A DNA stretch of 20,000 nucleotides from an uncultured virus (IMG/VR IMGVR_UViG_3300035424_000304) (IMGVR_UViG_3300035424_000304), one strand, 5' to 3'. Shown: positions 1 through 11,327, counted from the first letter of the stretch. Program-made: numbers and translations. Notes: generated by a model not told the origin, from the sequence alone.

Positions 1-1993
1 ATACGTCCAGATAATTGTGTCCCTCTGCAGCAATCATATCCTTCCGCCCCTGCAGGTTATTTCCCAAGAGCACATCAAACATCTGAGCTGCCCGTTCTCC
101 ATCGCCAGGCAGCACCTTAATCAGTCTTCTGGTCTCTGGATTCATAGTCGTTAACCACATCATATCCGGGTCATTTTCACCCAACCCCTTGGAGCGGTTG
201 ACCTTGAATTTCTTTCCGGATAATTTCTTCACAACGTCCGCCTTCTCCTTCTCCGTATAGGCAAACCAGGTTTTCTCCCCATAGTTGATTTCAAACAGCG
301 GGGTTTCCGCAATATACACATACCCTTTCTCAATCAGGGTCGGGCAAAGCCGGTAGATCATTGTCAGCACAAGCGTCCGAATCTGATAACCATCCACATC
401 GGCATCCGTGCAGATAACAACTTTGTTCCAACGAAGGTTGTCCAAGTTGAACTCCCCCAGGTTCTTCGCTGCTCCCTTGCCGGCAATCTCCACTCCACAG
501 CCCAGAACTTTCATCAGATCCGTGATGATTTCACTGGCAAAGATGCGCTTATAGTCCACCTTGAGACAATTCAGAATTTTACCTCGAATTGGCATAATGC
601 CCTGAAATTCAGCATCCCGGCTCAATTTAACGCTGCCCAGAGCGGAATCACCCTCAACAATGTAGATTTCCCGGCGGGTGACATCTTTTGTCCGGCAATC
701 CACGAACTTTTGTACTCGGTTGGCAATATCAATTGTCCCGGTCAGCTTTTTCTTTATCCCTTGCCGGGTCTCCTCCGCCCGTTCCCGACTGCGCTTGTTA
801 ATCAAGACCTGAGCGGCAATCTTGGCGGCGTCGGCGGGACTCTCCGTGAAGTAGATCTGAAGCTGCTCCTTCAGGTAGTCAGCCATTGCTACTTGGACAT
901 ACCGGTTGGTGATAGATTTCTTCGTCTGGTTCTCATAGCTGGTCTGTGTGGAAAAATTGTTGCTGATAAAAATAATGCAATCCTCTATATCTTGCCATGT
1001 GACCTTAGACTCTTTCTTCTGATATTTATTGTTCTGCCTCATCCAAGCATCAATAGTGTTGACAAAGGCTGTTCGCATGGCTTTGTCGGGGCTGCCGCCG
1101 TGTTCCAGCCAGCTTGAATTGTGATAATGCTCAACCGCAGTTACCTTGTTCGAGAAGCAGAAGCAGACAGACAATTTGACTTTATACTCATCCTTATCCT
1201 CCCTGTCCTTGCCCCGGCGCTCTGTCTCCCAGAACACAGGATCAGTGAGTACCTCTTCCCCGGCAATCTCCCGGACATAATCAACTATCCCCTGCTCATA
1301 AAGGAAGTCCTGCTCCTCAAATTCACCAGAAGCGGTCTCGCTCCGGAACCGAAAGGTAATTCCGGCGTTCACCACCGCCTGCCGACGGATAGTATCCAGA
1401 TAATATTCAACAGGGATATCAATGTCCGTAAAGACGTCCAGGTCTGGAAGCCAGCGGGTACGAGTGCCTGTCTTGCGCTTATTCTTGGTCAGAGGCGTCT
1501 TTTTCAACTCCTCCCCTGTCTCTCCCACAATCTCCCCTCTCTCAAAGTGGAGCTGGTACTCAAAACCGTCCCGCCAGACAGTGACGTCCATGTAACGGGA
1601 AGCATACTGGGTGGAGCAGGAGCCAAGTCCATTCAAACCCAGGGCGTATTCGTAATTTTCTCCCTCATTATTTTTATATTTGCCACCGGCATAGAGTTCG
1701 CAGAAGACAAGCTCCCAGTTCCAACGCTGCTCCTTCTCGTTCCAATCCACGGGACACCCCCGCCCTTGATCCTCCACTTCAATACTGTGGTCGAGGAAAC
1801 GGGTTACGGTAATCAGTTGTCCATGCCCCTCTCTGGCCTCGTCAATGGAGTTGGAAAGAATCTCAAACACCGCCTGCTCGCAGCCATCTAAGCCATCAGA
1901 ACCAAAGATGACTCCGGGACGTCTGCGTACCCGATCCGCACCCTTCAATGCGGTTATCGCTTCATTACCGTATGTTGGTTTCTCCTTTCCCAT
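1..1993 (-). CDS. gyrB: Type IIA DNA topoisomerase subunit B (GyrB/ParE-like); stop codon lies just beyond the left edge
   Basis: Absent from the ORF track because it is open at the edge. Manual translation from ATG 1993 (RBS AAGGAGG) gives MGKEKPTYGNEAITALKGADRVRRRPGVIFGSDG...EILSNSIDE...EDQGRGCPVD...ELYAGGKY...GLNGLG (GHKL ATPase), IVEGDSALGS, PIRGKILN and CTDADVDG (TOPRIM), and RSKGLGEN, ending ...EGHNYLDV at position 2. GyrB versus ParE cannot be resolved by eye. Confidence 0.93.
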   Translation of the reverse strand, partial: MGKEKPTYGNEAITALKGADRVRRRPGVIFGSDGLDGCEQAVFEILSNSIDEAREGHGQLITVTRFLDHSIEVEDQGRGCPVDWNEKEQRWNWELVFCELYAGGKYKNNEGENYEYALGLNGLGSCSTQYASRYMDVTVWRDGFEYQLHFERGEIVGETGEELKKTPLTKNKRKTGTRTRWLPDLDVFTDIDIPVEYYLDTIRRQAVVNAGITFRFRSETASGEFEEQDFLYEQGIVDYVREIAGEEVLTDPVFWETERRGKDREDKDEYKVKLSVCFCFSNKVTAVEHYHNSSWLEHGGSPDKAMRTAFVNTIDAWMRQNNKYQKKESKVTWQDIEDCIIFISNNFSTQTSYENQTKKSITNRYVQVAMADYLKEQLQIYFTESPADAAKIAAQVLINKRSRERAEETRQGIKKKLTGTIDIANRVQKFVDCRTKDVTRREIYIVEGDSALGSVKLSRDAEFQGIMPIRGKILNCLKVDYKRIFASEIITDLMKVLGCGVEIAGKGAAKNLGEFNLDNLRWNKVVICTDADVDGYQIRTLVLTMIYRLCPTLIEKGYVYIAETPLFEINYGEKTWFAYTEKEKADVVKKLSGKKFKVNRSKGLGENDPDMMWLTTMNPETRRLIKVLPGDGERAAQMFDVLLGNNLQGRKDMIAAEGHNYLDV

Positions 1994-2025
1994 ACGATCC
2001 CTCCTTTGTTGTCAAATTTCTTCTC

Positions 2026-2055
2026 ATTCTATGCGCATATCTCGGAAAATATCAA
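2026..2055 (-). promoter_or_regulatory. Shared promoter motif upstream of gyrB (TTGATA-N16-CATAGAAT)
   Basis: Minus strand reads TTGATATTTTCCGAGATATGCGCATAGAAT, about 33 nt upstream of the ATG. Confidence 0.7.
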
Positions 2056-2255
2056 AAATGCAGAAAACTTCCCCTTATTTTCACGCATCTCCACATTACG
2101 TTTGTTTTCGGGCTGCTCCTTCTGAACCTATATATCTTAACAAGAACCCTCCCAATGCAAGATCTTCACACAAAACCTTCTGTTATAATGCTGACTCATT
2201 GTATCACGGCTCCCTCAAAAAGACAAATGTTTTGTAAGTTCCGTTTTATTCCCCG

Positions 2256-2285
2256 TTGATAGTTTTCATTCCTTTTTCATACAAG
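2256..2285 (+). promoter_or_regulatory. Shared promoter motif upstream of ORF 2335 (TTGATA-N16-CATACAAG)
   Basis: TTGATAGTTTTCATTCCTTTTTCATACAAG, with the same 16-nt spacing as the other copies. Confidence 0.55.
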
Positions 2286-2334
2286 AAGATAACCTATCAC
2301 GAAAAGGCTGAATATGAACAGGAGGAAAGAAACT

Positions 2335-2739
2335 ATGAAAAAAAACTTGTGTTGGATGCAGTTCAAAAATGCGATGGAGCTGCAGAATCAAGCATCCCGC
2401 GCCAATCTTCGGTTAAAAAACAGCATCATTCGGGACCTGAAAAGCGTTATCCCGGAAAAGGAAAAGACAGACAGCTGCTGCGTGGTTGTCTCCCTCTCCG
2501 AAATTCGCGCTGTGCGATCGCTGTCCCCTTCCGACTATATGGTGAAGACACAGGTGGAGCTGATTACCGAAGCTCTTATGGGTTGCCGTTCGGCCGAGAA
2601 AATGCAGGCTGTTGTCCAGGAGCTGGTTAAGACCGGAACGATTTCCAATGGGAATCGAATTCTGCCTATCAGCAGTCCTGTCTGGTCTGTTCTTAGGCGA
2701 TATTCCAGACCCGAGACCCGTCCCACCAAAATTGGGTAA
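2335..2739 (+). CDS. Hypothetical protein, 134 aa
   Basis: RBS GGAGG lies ahead of ATG 2335. The ORF is preceded by the shared promoter motif and followed by a hairpin and terminator. Confidence 0.7.
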   Translation: MKKNLCWMQFKNAMELQNQASRANLRLKNSIIRDLKSVIPEKEKTDSCCVVVSLSEIRAVRSLSPSDYMVKTQVELITEALMGCRSAEKMQAVVQELVKTGTISNGNRILPISSPVWSVLRRYSRPETRPTKIG

Positions 2740-2817
2740 GTCTCCATCCCGGATTTGACTGTCCAACGGAAATGGGTCAGAGCCGGCATGAGCTGACTTG
2801 ACCTGGACGGTTCAATG

Positions 2818-2853
2818 AAAACGCAGGATTCACCCTCAGAGTCCTGCGTTTTT
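2818..2853 (+). terminator. Intrinsic terminator (possibly bidirectional)
   Basis: AAAACGCAGGA...TCCTGCGTTTTT. Confidence 0.75.
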
Positions 2854-2927
2854 ATAACTTTCTGGCATTCTGCATAAGAAGAAGCAAGGCAACAAAAGAA
2901 AGGTTATCAAAAAAGGTTAGAAATGGC

Positions 2928-2957
2928 TTGATATTTTCTCAAGATATTGCATAGTAT
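2928..2957 (+). promoter_or_regulatory. Shared promoter motif upstream of nrdD (TTGATA-N16-CATAGTAT)
   Basis: TTGATATTTTCTCAAGATATTGCATAGTAT. A weaker second copy lies at 2851-2880 (TTTATA-N16-CATAAGAA). Confidence 0.7.
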
Positions 2958-2984
2958 AGAGTCCGATTCCACTATATGTTGTAT
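2937..2984 (+). promoter_or_regulatory. Tandem NrdR boxes
   Basis: TCTCAAGATATTGCAT (2937-2952) and CCACTATATGTTGTAT (2969-2984) match the consensus acaCwAtATaTwGtgt. They start 32 bp apart, the canonical tandem spacing, and lie directly upstream of an RNR gene. Confidence 0.8.
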
Positions 2985-3033
2985 TCGTGTGAAAAATCAA
3001 GCTTCTCTTAAATTTGAAAGGAGTAAACTTATC

Positions 3034-5358
3034 ATGACTACCACTATTAAAACCCTGCGCAAGAGAGACGGACGCGACGTCGCCTTTGACCCCAAGAAAA
3101 TCGCCAATGCCATTAACAAAGCGTTTACCGCCACTGGCTTTGCTGATATGGAGAAGACGTCGGAAGCTTTGACCCAAATGGTCATCAATGTTATTGAGGC
3201 GGAAGGCGTAGCGACTCCCGAAGTGGAGCACATCCAGGACATCGTAGAAAAAGTCCTGATGGAGGAGGACTTCACCAAAACCGCCAAAGCGTACATCCTT
3301 TACCGCAACGAGCGCAGCAAGGCCCGCGAGATGAACACCCGGCTCATGAAGACTTATGAGGAGATCACCTTCTCCGATTCCATTGAGTCTGACGTCAAGC
3401 GGGAGAATGCCAACATAAACGGCGATACTGCTATGGGATCCATGCTCAAGTATGGCAGCGAGGGGTCCAAGCAGTTCTACCAGATGTTCGTTTTGAAGCC
3501 TGAACACGCTAAGGCACACCAGCAGGGCGACATCCACATCCACGATTTGGACTTCTACACCCTGACTACGACCTGTACCCAGATCGACATCAAGAAGCTG
3601 TTCAAGGGCGGCTTCTCCACCGGGCACGGCTTCCTGCGGGAGCCCAACGATATCGCCTCCTATTCCGCCCTGGCATGTATTGCCATTCAGTCCAATCAGA
3701 ATGACCAGCACGGCGGGCAGGCCATCGTCAACTTCGACTACGGCATGGCGGACGGCGTAAAGAAGACCTTCTGCAAGTTGTACACGCAGAATCTGGCGAA
3801 GATTCTGGCAATCTGGACTCAGGACGAGGATCTGGAAGAGGACCTGAAGGCCCTGCGGAAGCAAATTGAAGCCGAAACAGGGATCTATCCCCGGCTGGGC
3901 GACTCTCAGCCCTATATAAAAGAGGAATTGTCGCGCTTGGCAGGCCGCTACAACACAGAGCTGATTGTGGATGCACAACAGATGTCTCTGCGTTATGCCG
4001 AGAAGGAAACCGACCGGGCCACCTTCCAGGCCATGGAGGCATTCATCCACAATCTGAACACAATGCACAGTCGAGCCGGCGCTCAGACCCCCTTCTCTTC
4101 CATCAACTACGGCATGGATACCTCTCCGGAAGGCCGTATGGTCATGCGGAATCTGCTGCTGACCACCGAGGATGGTCTGGGTAACGGCGAAACCCCCATC
4201 TTCCCTATTCAGATTTTCCGGGTGAAGGAGGGTGTCAATTTTAACCCCAGCGATCCCAACTATGATCTTTTCAAGCTGGCCTGCCGGTGCAGCGCAAAGC
4301 GGCTGTTCCCCAATTTCGCTTTTGTTGATGCGCCGTTCAACCTCCAGTATTATGACCCCAAGCGTCCGGAAACGGAGATCGCTTACATGGGCTGCCGCAC
4401 CCGCGTTATTGGCAATGTTAACGATCCCTCCAGGGAGCAGTGCAACCAGCGGGGCAATCTCAGTTTCACTTCCATCAATCTTCCCCGGCTCGCTATTGAG
4501 GCGAAGGGCGACCTGAACGCCTTTTATGAGGGGTTGGATAAGATGATGAATCTCTGCATCGATCAGTTGAAGGAGAGATTTGAGATCCAGTGCCGGAAGC
4601 ATGTCTACAATTACCCCTTCCTCATGGGGCAGGGCGTATGGCTGGACAGCGAGAAGCTGAACTGGAACGACGAGGTGCGTGAAGTCCTCAAGCACGGCAC
4701 TTTGTCTGTCGGCTTCATCGGCCTGGCAGAGACCTTGGTTGCCTTGACCGGCAAGCATCACGCAGAGGATTCCGATTCACAGCGCCTTGGCCTGGAGATC
4801 ATTGGACGGATGAGAGCAAGAATGGAGGAGGAATGTGCAAAAACCGGACTGAACTTCTCCTTGCTGGCAACCCCCGCCGAGGGTCTGTCTGGGCGTTTTG
4901 TCAAGATTGACAGGAAGAACTATGGCGTTATTCCCGGGGTCACTGACAAGGAGTATTACACCAACAGCTTCCATGTTCCTGTTTACTACCCCATCAGCGC
5001 CTACGACAAGATTCAGCTGGAGGCCCCCTACCACGCTCTGACAAACGCTGGACACATCAGCTACATTGAGATGGATGGCGACCCCATGAAGAATTTGGAC
5101 GCCTTCGAGAAGGTAGTCAGATGCATGAAGGAGGCCGGTATCGGCTACGGAGCCATCAACCACCCTGTCGACCGCGATCCTTGCTGCGGGTATTCCGGCG
5201 TCATTGATGACGTCTGCCCGAAGTGTGGACGGCACGAGAGTGACAGGGGTCCGAAGTTTGAGCGCATCCGCAGAATCACCGGTTACCTGGTCGGCACTAT
5301 GGACCGTTGGAACAACGCCAAAACCGCCGAAGAGTCTGACCGTGTGAAGCACGTTTAA
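3034..5358 (+). CDS. nrdD: Anaerobic (class III) ribonucleoside-triphosphate reductase, 774 aa
   Basis: N-terminal ATP cone (KRDGRDVAFDPKKIANAI), HIHDLD, YMGCRT, GNLSFTSINLPR, TPAEGL, a C-terminal metal site (DPCCG...CPKCG) and the glycyl-radical motif RITGYL. RBS GAAAGGAG precedes ATG 3034. Confidence 0.97.
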   Translation: MTTTIKTLRKRDGRDVAFDPKKIANAINKAFTATGFADMEKTSEALTQMVINVIEAEGVATPEVEHIQDIVEKVLMEEDFTKTAKAYILYRNERSKAREMNTRLMKTYEEITFSDSIESDVKRENANINGDTAMGSMLKYGSEGSKQFYQMFVLKPEHAKAHQQGDIHIHDLDFYTLTTTCTQIDIKKLFKGGFSTGHGFLREPNDIASYSALACIAIQSNQNDQHGGQAIVNFDYGMADGVKKTFCKLYTQNLAKILAIWTQDEDLEEDLKALRKQIEAETGIYPRLGDSQPYIKEELSRLAGRYNTELIVDAQQMSLRYAEKETDRATFQAMEAFIHNLNTMHSRAGAQTPFSSINYGMDTSPEGRMVMRNLLLTTEDGLGNGETPIFPIQIFRVKEGVNFNPSDPNYDLFKLACRCSAKRLFPNFAFVDAPFNLQYYDPKRPETEIAYMGCRTRVIGNVNDPSREQCNQRGNLSFTSINLPRLAIEAKGDLNAFYEGLDKMMNLCIDQLKERFEIQCRKHVYNYPFLMGQGVWLDSEKLNWNDEVREVLKHGTLSVGFIGLAETLVALTGKHHAEDSDSQRLGLEIIGRMRARMEEECAKTGLNFSLLATPAEGLSGRFVKIDRKNYGVIPGVTDKEYYTNSFHVPVYYPISAYDKIQLEAPYHALTNAGHISYIEMDGDPMKNLDAFEKVVRCMKEAGIGYGAINHPVDRDPCCGYSGVIDDVCPKCGRHESDRGPKFERIRRITGYLVGTMDRWNNAKTAEESDRVKHV

Positions 5359-5369
5359 CCTTATAAGGC

Positions 5370-5411
5370 AGAGACGGGAGAGCGAATTTTTCGCCTCCCG
5401 CCTCTTTTTTT
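5370..5411 (+). terminator. Intrinsic terminator of nrdD
   Basis: AGAGACGGGAGAGCGAA...TTCGCCTCCCGCCTCT followed by a T run. Confidence 0.75.
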
Positions 5412-5507
5412 GATAATTTCCACACAAAATTTGTTTCTTTTTTTAGAGGAAATCATACATCGGAACAAAAAGTCTCTAAGATTTTAATTATTCTTTTCGG
5501 AATTTTT

Positions 5508-5537
5508 TCGATATTTTTCAATAAAAGTGCATATTTT
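5508..5537 (+). promoter_or_regulatory. Shared promoter motif (TCGATA-N16-CATATTTT)
   Basis: TCGATATTTTTCAATAAAAGTGCATATTTT upstream of the recombinase gene. Confidence 0.6.
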
Positions 5538-5574
5538 ATAATTTCCGTAGTTGTCCCGCCGGACATCCAAATTG

Positions 5575-5603
5575 TTGACACGAAGAAAGAAATGATTTAC
5601 TAT
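5575..5603 (+). promoter_or_regulatory. sigmaA-type promoter for the recombinase gene
   Basis: TTGACA-N17-TACTAT. Confidence 0.65.
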
Positions 5604-5662
5604 TTTTATTGAAAGTTTTTTTGATTTTTAACCGGACAAGCATATAGAAAGGAGGCGGCTAT

Positions 5663-6745
5663 GTGAAAGAAAGCAGAGAAGAAAGAGCCAGAAGATTTGA
5701 GGAGAGAATCAACGAACAATTTGATGATGTTGAGATAATCCCCTCCTATGCAGACCGTGGGATCTCCCTCATTCCAGAGAAAGAATTGGTTGGTGCATAT
5801 TGTCGCGTCTCCACTATGCAGGAAGCACAGGTAGACAGCTTCATTATGCAGAAGAAATATTATGAAGACTATGTAAAACAGAGAGAAGGCTGGGATCTGA
5901 TTGAAATCTATGCAGATGAAGGAATTTCCGCAACAAGCATCAAACGCAGAAAAGATTTTATTCGGATGCTAGACGATTGTAAGGCCGGCAGAATTACAAG
6001 AATCATCACAAAGTCCGTTTCCCGTTTTGGACGGAATGTGGTGGATACGATTGCAACCGTCCGAAGTCTCAGGAACCTCCCTACCCCTGTTGGTGTGTTT
6101 TTTGAAACGGAGAGAATTGACACTTTAAGAAGAGAAAGCGACATGCAGCTCTCCCTGCTGGCATCGTTTGCTGAGTCGGAATCAGTGACAAAGTCTGAGA
6201 GTATAAAATGGGGTATCCGCAATCGATTTGCAAGGAAAATCCCACGCATAGTTGATTTGTATGGCTTTGACCGAGATGGACTTGCTCTAACGATTAACCC
6301 AAATGAAGGCCCCATTGTTGCTCAGATGTACAAGATGCTTTTCGACGGATATTCCCCCTCCCAGATTGCAAAGCATCTAACCAGTTTGGAAATTCCTACC
6401 CCTGCAAAAATCGGAGACCGCTGGTTCCCTTCATCCGTCAAGTATATCCTTACAAATGAGCGAAATTGCGGCGATATCCTCATTCACAAAACTGTTACCG
6501 TAGACATTTTTACGCATAAGACCATCAAAAATACAGGGCAGGAACGTTCCTATCGCCTGAAAAATTACCATCAAGGAATTGTTTCCTATGATGAGTGGTT
6601 GTACGCCTGCGTCATCCTTGGTGAACTCCCTTTTGATACAATTCATCCTAAGGATGCTCCAGATTTTCTTATTGATGGAGTAGTCTATAAACAAATCGAT
6701 ATATCCGGCGCAAGGCTGCTGGATGAAGCACATGAAAGGATGTGA
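5663..6745 (+). CDS. Serine recombinase family protein (resolvase catalytic domain plus recombinase domain), 360 aa
   Basis: AYCRVST catalytic serine motif, IYADEGISAT, ITKSVSRFGRN, ASFAESESVTKSESIKWG, YGF, and ILTNERNCGD. RBS AAGGAGG precedes the GTG start. Confidence 0.92.
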   Translation: MKESREERARRFEERINEQFDDVEIIPSYADRGISLIPEKELVGAYCRVSTMQEAQVDSFIMQKKYYEDYVKQREGWDLIEIYADEGISATSIKRRKDFIRMLDDCKAGRITRIITKSVSRFGRNVVDTIATVRSLRNLPTPVGVFFETERIDTLRRESDMQLSLLASFAESESVTKSESIKWGIRNRFARKIPRIVDLYGFDRDGLALTINPNEGPIVAQMYKMLFDGYSPSQIAKHLTSLEIPTPAKIGDRWFPSSVKYILTNERNCGDILIHKTVTVDIFTHKTIKNTGQERSYRLKNYHQGIVSYDEWLYACVILGELPFDTIHPKDAPDFLIDGVVYKQIDISGARLLDEAHERM

Positions 6746-7334
6746 TTCTATCAATTATAATACGCCATTTTCTTTTGAAAATTTTAAAGTTATACCTCCC
6801 CCAACTTATGAAGTGTCTTTTTCCGAGATAAAAATTTCATCAAAAGCATTGTTTTTTAGTGCAACGACTGTATCCGAGCTTAGCTACGCTCAAGACATTG
6901 CAATCTTCTTCAGTGCCAATGATCGAATTTTGGTAATAACCCCCAGCGAAAAATCGGAATATACCAGCTCCTTTTTTGATCCAACTCAAACCAAGCGGAA
7001 CGTCACCCTCATACACGAGAAACTCACTTCTGCCATTCGCTCAATAATGGAGTGGCCTGCCCGAAAAGGCACCTACCGTATTCCTGGCGTCCGTGTGCCT
7101 AACTCCACTCAAACCCTACTCTGCTTTGACCTTAATCATGCCTCATGCGCAAAAAAGACAACAAAAAAAATCGACCCAATAGCATTTCTTTCTGCTTGTC
7201 CTACTTTGCAGGATTTGAACCGCCCACATAGCAACTATATTCCATATGCATTACCCGCAAGCGCTTCTATTCCCACAGATGATGAAAAACAGGATTCTGC
7301 GGTCACTATTATTGACATGAACGCCGCTTCGTGA
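6723..7334 (+). CDS. Hypothetical protein coupled to the recombinase gene, about 203 aa
   Basis: Overlaps the recombinase 3' end and the next ORF (GTGA). From memory it resembles accessory proteins found beside clostridial serine recombinases (FSFENFKV...ILVITP...IMEW...YRIPG). Confidence 0.7.
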   Translation: MKHMKGCDSINYNTPFSFENFKVIPPPTYEVSFSEIKISSKALFFSATTVSELSYAQDIAIFFSANDRILVITPSEKSEYTSSFFDPTQTKRNVTLIHEKLTSAIRSIMEWPARKGTYRIPGVRVPNSTQTLLCFDLNHASCAKKTTKKIDPIAFLSACPTLQDLNRPHSNYIPYALPASASIPTDDEKQDSAVTIIDMNAAS

Positions 7335-8125
7335 AAGAGAAGGTGCTGATGGGACGGAAATCCATACATTATCGTAATCCTTACCAATCAGAATTTGTTC
7401 AGAAATTAGATAGTCTTTGTACAATCAAGAGTCTCTGGCAGGTCTGGTCAGACTTTGTTGCAATGGCCTCCCTGTCCATTGCAAACGCATTAGACCGCAC
7501 AAGTAAAACTCATGATGTCAGAGAAGAAGAATATCTTGCTATTACGAGGGGCTATTCAACAGGGGAATTGACAACTTTTGCTGAACTGCTATCAATATTA
7601 GTTTTGGCTCTGGAAGAAAATCCGGAGCAGGATTTTCTGGGCGAACTATTTAGTAGCCTAAACCTGATGAGCCACTGGAAGGGTCAATTTTTTACTCCGT
7701 ACCACATAGGACGATTGATGTCAACAATTGGCATTGAACAGTGCAAGGAGGGCATCCTGGAAAACGGGTGGACAAGCATCACTGACCCATGTTGTGGTGC
7801 TGGCTCGCTACTGATTGCCATGCGAAATGAAATGGTCAGACAAGGATTTAATTCTCAACAGGCACTGTATGTGGCACAGGACATCGACCGGACAACAGCA
7901 ATGATGTGCTTTCTCCAGTTGTCTTTGCTGGGCTGTGCCGGATACGTGGTGGTGGGTAACTCCCTCACCCACCCCGTTGTCTCTTCCACAGGGTCCCCAC
8001 TCTTAATCGCCCCGTTGGAGGATCAGGAAGTCTGGATCATGCCAGCTTTATATGATAAAATATGGCACTGCAGAATGCAGTTTGAAAAACTCCGGTTACT
8101 CATTGAAGGGGAAACCCGCCGCTGA
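7331..8125 (+). CDS. Short N-6 DNA methylase-like (SAM-binding) protein, 264 aa
   Basis: HsdM-like motifs DFLGELF, GQFFTPY, DPCCGAGSLL (motif I), AQDID and GNSL are present. No NPPY/F motif IV is seen. Confidence 0.8.
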   Translation: MKEKVLMGRKSIHYRNPYQSEFVQKLDSLCTIKSLWQVWSDFVAMASLSIANALDRTSKTHDVREEEYLAITRGYSTGELTTFAELLSILVLALEENPEQDFLGELFSSLNLMSHWKGQFFTPYHIGRLMSTIGIEQCKEGILENGWTSITDPCCGAGSLLIAMRNEMVRQGFNSQQALYVAQDIDRTTAMMCFLQLSLLGCAGYVVVGNSLTHPVVSSTGSPLLIAPLEDQEVWIMPALYDKIWHCRMQFEKLRLLIEGETRR

Positions 8126-8293
8126 ACACGGTTTAGTAGAGCATGAAACGCTGTCCTGTTTATCGCTCCCTTTCAAACCTGGTTGATTTGTCTCAGTGCA
8201 TCTGGCAGGTCTGCAAACTATCAAAAGCAGAACTACATTATCTTACCTGATGCAAGTTACCTTTGGAATTAAGGAGAGGTAGGACGGTTAGAA

Positions 8294-8758
8294 ATGAGTA
8301 AAAAACAGATGTTTAGTAAAAAATTTGAACAGGACATAACAGGAACTGTCGAGATGACGGAGATCGATGGAATCGAGGAAGATGCCGTCCTTTGTTTCAC
8401 TGACATTGGTAAGTTTGGAATGCCTGCCAGCGAAAAGGAAGTTAAAACCTGCTATGGGGATCTGTACGTAATCATCAATGTCCTTAGAGATTATGCCAAT
8501 ATTCTGGAGCGGTTAATTTCGGAATGGAATCTAACAGGATATCGGTCTGGCTACTATGAAATGCATGCCATCAGATGTCGAAAAATCGCCGATAAGTATT
8601 CTGCTGCTATTGGCTATGATTATGATAAAGCTTTAGAGCGATGCCAAAAGCGGCGAGCGAAAGAAGGAACATCAAGGAAAACTGGCATGGATGGAATTGA
8701 AGCCCTGCTTCGAAGAGATAGCTCTTCCTCTGTCCAGGCAGAAAATAGAGACAAATAG
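8294..8758 (+). CDS. Hypothetical protein, 154 aa
   Basis: Purine-rich RBS region (AAGGAGAGGTAGGACGG) and a clean ORF ending before a bidirectional terminator. Confidence 0.7.
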   Translation: MSKKQMFSKKFEQDITGTVEMTEIDGIEEDAVLCFTDIGKFGMPASEKEVKTCYGDLYVIINVLRDYANILERLISEWNLTGYRSGYYEMHAIRCRKIADKYSAAIGYDYDKALERCQKRRAKEGTSRKTGMDGIEALLRRDSSSSVQAENRDK

Positions 8759-8830
8759 GGAGTCTGTTTGCTGCTCGGATGATTCTGATGACTCATTCAA
8801 ACACAGATGACCTCATCTGAATAGAATTGA

Positions 8831-8868
8831 AAAGGGATGCGGAGGGGTAATCCCTGCCGCATCCCTTT
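8831..8868. terminator. Bidirectional terminator between convergent ORF 8294 and ligA
   Basis: AAAGGGATGCGG...CCGCATCCCTTT. Confidence 0.8.
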
Positions 8869-8880
8869 GCTTGGATCATA

Positions 8881-10935
<2,055 letters not shown>

Positions 10936-10950
10936 TTAAAAGGTTGCCTG

Positions 10951-10980
10951 ATAATATGCGGTTCGTTTTGAAAATATCAA
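10951..10980 (-). promoter_or_regulatory. Shared promoter motif upstream of ligA (TTGATA-N16-CATATTAT)
   Basis: Minus strand reads TTGATATTTTCAAAACGAACCGCATATTAT. Confidence 0.7.
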
Positions 10981-11076
10981 AAAGGTATTCATTTGCTTTT
11001 TCTTGGGGAATTTTCGAAGGAAATGCGGGGCCGGCAGAGAGGCTCTGGCGGGGCTAAGATTATTTTCATGAGTCTT

Positions 11077-11106
11077 TCGATATTTTTTGTGGAAATCGCA
11101 TATCAA
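11077..11106 (+). promoter_or_regulatory. Shared promoter motif upstream of the small membrane ORF (TCGATA-N16-CATATCAA)
   Basis: TCGATATTTTTTGTGGAAATCGCATATCAA. Confidence 0.65.
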
Positions 11107-11156
11107 TAGGTGGCATATTTCCCATGTGTCAATTTTCAAAATAAGGAGGGGCTTTT

Positions 11157-11327
11157 GTGATCAAACGTATTGCTATTGCTATCATCGTTTTTCTCGTTGT
11201 GTTTCTGCTGGCAAGCGCCCTGGTTGGCGCCGATGTCATCTCAGCCACCTTTGGTCTGGTTCTTTGGCTGATTGGATTGGCTGCGGCGATTGGCGCATTT
11301 GTCAAGACGAAGCCGAGGGGCAACTAA
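11157..11327 (+). CDS. Small two-TM membrane protein, 56 aa (not in the ORF track)
   Basis: RBS AAGGAGG, then GTG: MIKRIAIAIIVFLVVFLLASALVGADVISATFGLVLWLIGLAAAIGAFVKTKPRGN. It has its own promoter motif and terminator. Confidence 0.8.
   Translation: MIKRIAIAIIVFLVVFLLASALVGADVISATFGLVLWLIGLAAAIGAFVKTKPRGN

Noticed and set aside
710..1891. Plus-strand ORFs of 135 and 256 aa
   Set aside because: Antisense shadows of the gyrB-like gene, with no RBS or recognisable motifs.
2917..5427. Long minus-strand ORFs (614 and 216 aa)
   Set aside because: Antisense shadows of GC3-rich nrdD.
5621..5648. TTGATT...CATATAGA as another copy of the shared promoter
   Set aside because: The spacer is 14 rather than 16 nt and the site abuts the RBS, so it was not counted.
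8783..8835. CTGATGA...GAAA suggesting a hammerhead ribozyme
   Set aside because: No closing pair for stem II next to the core, and no consistent stems I or III.
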